Shown piece by piece: positions 27,001 to 27,288 of a DNA stretch of 27,288 nucleotides. The notes below the pieces were generated by a model. The model worked only from the letters and a program-made list of their open reading frames with translations, was not told the DNA's origin and made no database searches. Each line of letters begins with the position of its first letter. Position 1 is the stretch's first letter. A program made the position numbers and the translations under genes. Location of the stretch: the IMG/VR virus record IMGVR_UViG_3300025598_000143, positions 1 through 27,288 of that record, one strand, 5' to 3'. Source of the stretch: a virus (Duplodnaviria > Caudoviricetes).

Positions 27001-27226
27001 TGCCACGGGCAATAGTGGTCATTTTGACCCATCAAATCCCGACATTACCAAGGCAAAGGGCGGGTTTGTTGACCGTCCAAAGCGGGCAACGGGTGGCCGT
27101 ATTCCGGAAGTGGATAAATTATTTAAGGCTGCCAAAAAAGAGTTAGATAACTCCACTAAACCTATGCTTAATATGCATGATGACCACATCGTTAATGCTC
27201 TTAGGATTGCCCAAGGACGGATTTAA
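24050..27226 (+). CDS. Large DNA-ejection/internal virion protein with ADP-ribosyltransferase-like (polyvalent-protein type) domain near the C-terminus
   Basis: Gly/Ala-rich amphipathic N-terminal region. FYHGT...FVSPNPEIA...IMPVHVSAKNP...GHDSF...AVYDPRQIKSATGNSGHFDPSNPDI at about 26500-27049. Confidence 0.8.
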   Translation: MDNQDLLGSFSLDSHVASQGKAPSGGAGAAPEKAPDNIASSFSLDEPSGVTAQRQQKEQETKTKQYKDTTASDVAKGLGSGIELGAAQIVGLPGDIARAGRYLKEEGTYYGKKALENYGYLPEGTADEDWKAVEEARQSPNRGWVGPLPSSEVTEAAAKKYLPGASYEPESRGGAYAHTIGEFVPTILGGEGSAIKKLGTAAIAGAGSEAAGQATEGTPYEGIARIGGALVSPFAAEKTLSRPLGSVGSALGVSDQALGAVGLKSGNMAAYDKLVSEGSRLSKLGVLGGLSEDNIKAIVEQEMRDGVRPSDSIITSASALSDSPSDIVRAFIKNSSLENPKVRAEVQKLVGNVGRASDTADMTATRILNDMQDEASVNALNAHRLVNGLPADITEAPTANKLRSVADEVKDGAWDRLVQPTYDDHKAVNNDLIFDKLTKVGQKNPDLIFDAQELYNSRLENRGENPVTFLTKDQNGTYKNFGYVGDNGTVKGAPLEFLDILQRKLYQSNDETMQLNAKKIKEGIDQYFTQKGLPNELQAAKDAHGDIRSQGNAITAGMNFISDGAYQTNPSKRRAFLGRWNNLDDVEKGLYQAGVLHQIKETLGQGQQGYKNWNKVLQNADNRQLLQEILNFRPKGAPAQVGPSNYERFSNALDVAQAFKKEHVNNILMSTPESRTFLGRILGMGDRSLFDVMLHTAYRGAFSPELGTITALSGGLGYIRQVFADRRALKMLQMFNSKDPQFAMQLARDIATHKEAKTSWQKVKALLDFTDKATINFYRRAAVAANNQQPQQRKEGGRVDNDADGFIPHNDPKRQKNLEAFKPIKDEKGNPRVFYHGTNKNFDVFGQGRSHPLFRPQRFHFVSPNPEIAGVFAHDRDSSHIEGNYPGESAQNIMPVHVSAKNPWDYENPDHVSALMSEVVKRQPGWSPEEADQMHHYIHTRGGFDFIEDPQQQKIIKDLGHDSFYVHEMGAKNLAVYDPRQIKSATGNSGHFDPSNPDITKAKGGFVDRPKRATGGRIPEVDKLFKAAKKELDNSTKPMLNMHDDHIVNALRIAQGRI

Positions 27227-27288
27227 TGGACCCTTTTACGCTTATAGCTGGCGCTACCGCCATTTATAACTCAATCAAGACCTCCGTG
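27226..27288 (+). CDS. Start of next gene (MDPFTLIAGATAIYNSIKTSV...), truncated
   Basis: TAATG coupling; frame open to the window end. Confidence 0.6.
   Translation, partial: MDPFTLIAGATAIYNSIKTSV

Noticed and set aside
1-27288. CRISPR arrays, tRNA/rRNA genes, integrase or transposase, alternative genetic code
   Set aside because: No spaced DNA repeats or RNA gene signatures were seen, there is almost no intergenic space, and the genes read intact with TAA, TAG and TGA all used as stops.

Overview
The window is a densely packed, entirely + strand structural module of a tailed dsDNA phage, most consistent with a podovirus-like short-tail/ejectosome architecture. In order it holds: the 3' part of a virion protein, a cluster of small His/Lys/Arg-rich proteins, adaptor-like genes, a 1484-aa repeat-rich tail fibre, a LamG/SPRY-type receptor-binding protein, a free-standing HNH-type endonuclease gene, a tail chaperone, a small membrane protein, connector/nozzle-like genes, a GNAT-like acyltransferase and very large internal/ejection proteins. 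The most striking unexplained signal is a short motif, x-[A/K]-x-G-G-x-[V/I/A], often doubled and in a basic/His context. It recurs about 15 times in five otherwise unrelated putative internal proteins. It brackets enzymatic modules: a lytic transglycosylase-containing block and an ADP-ribosyltransferase-like domain. This suggests Gly-Gly-directed polyprotein processing or a packaging tag. Several small genes missed by the ORF track are recovered, including one with no canonical start codon (possible -1 frameshift). All product calls come from motif recognition and synteny, not database searches.
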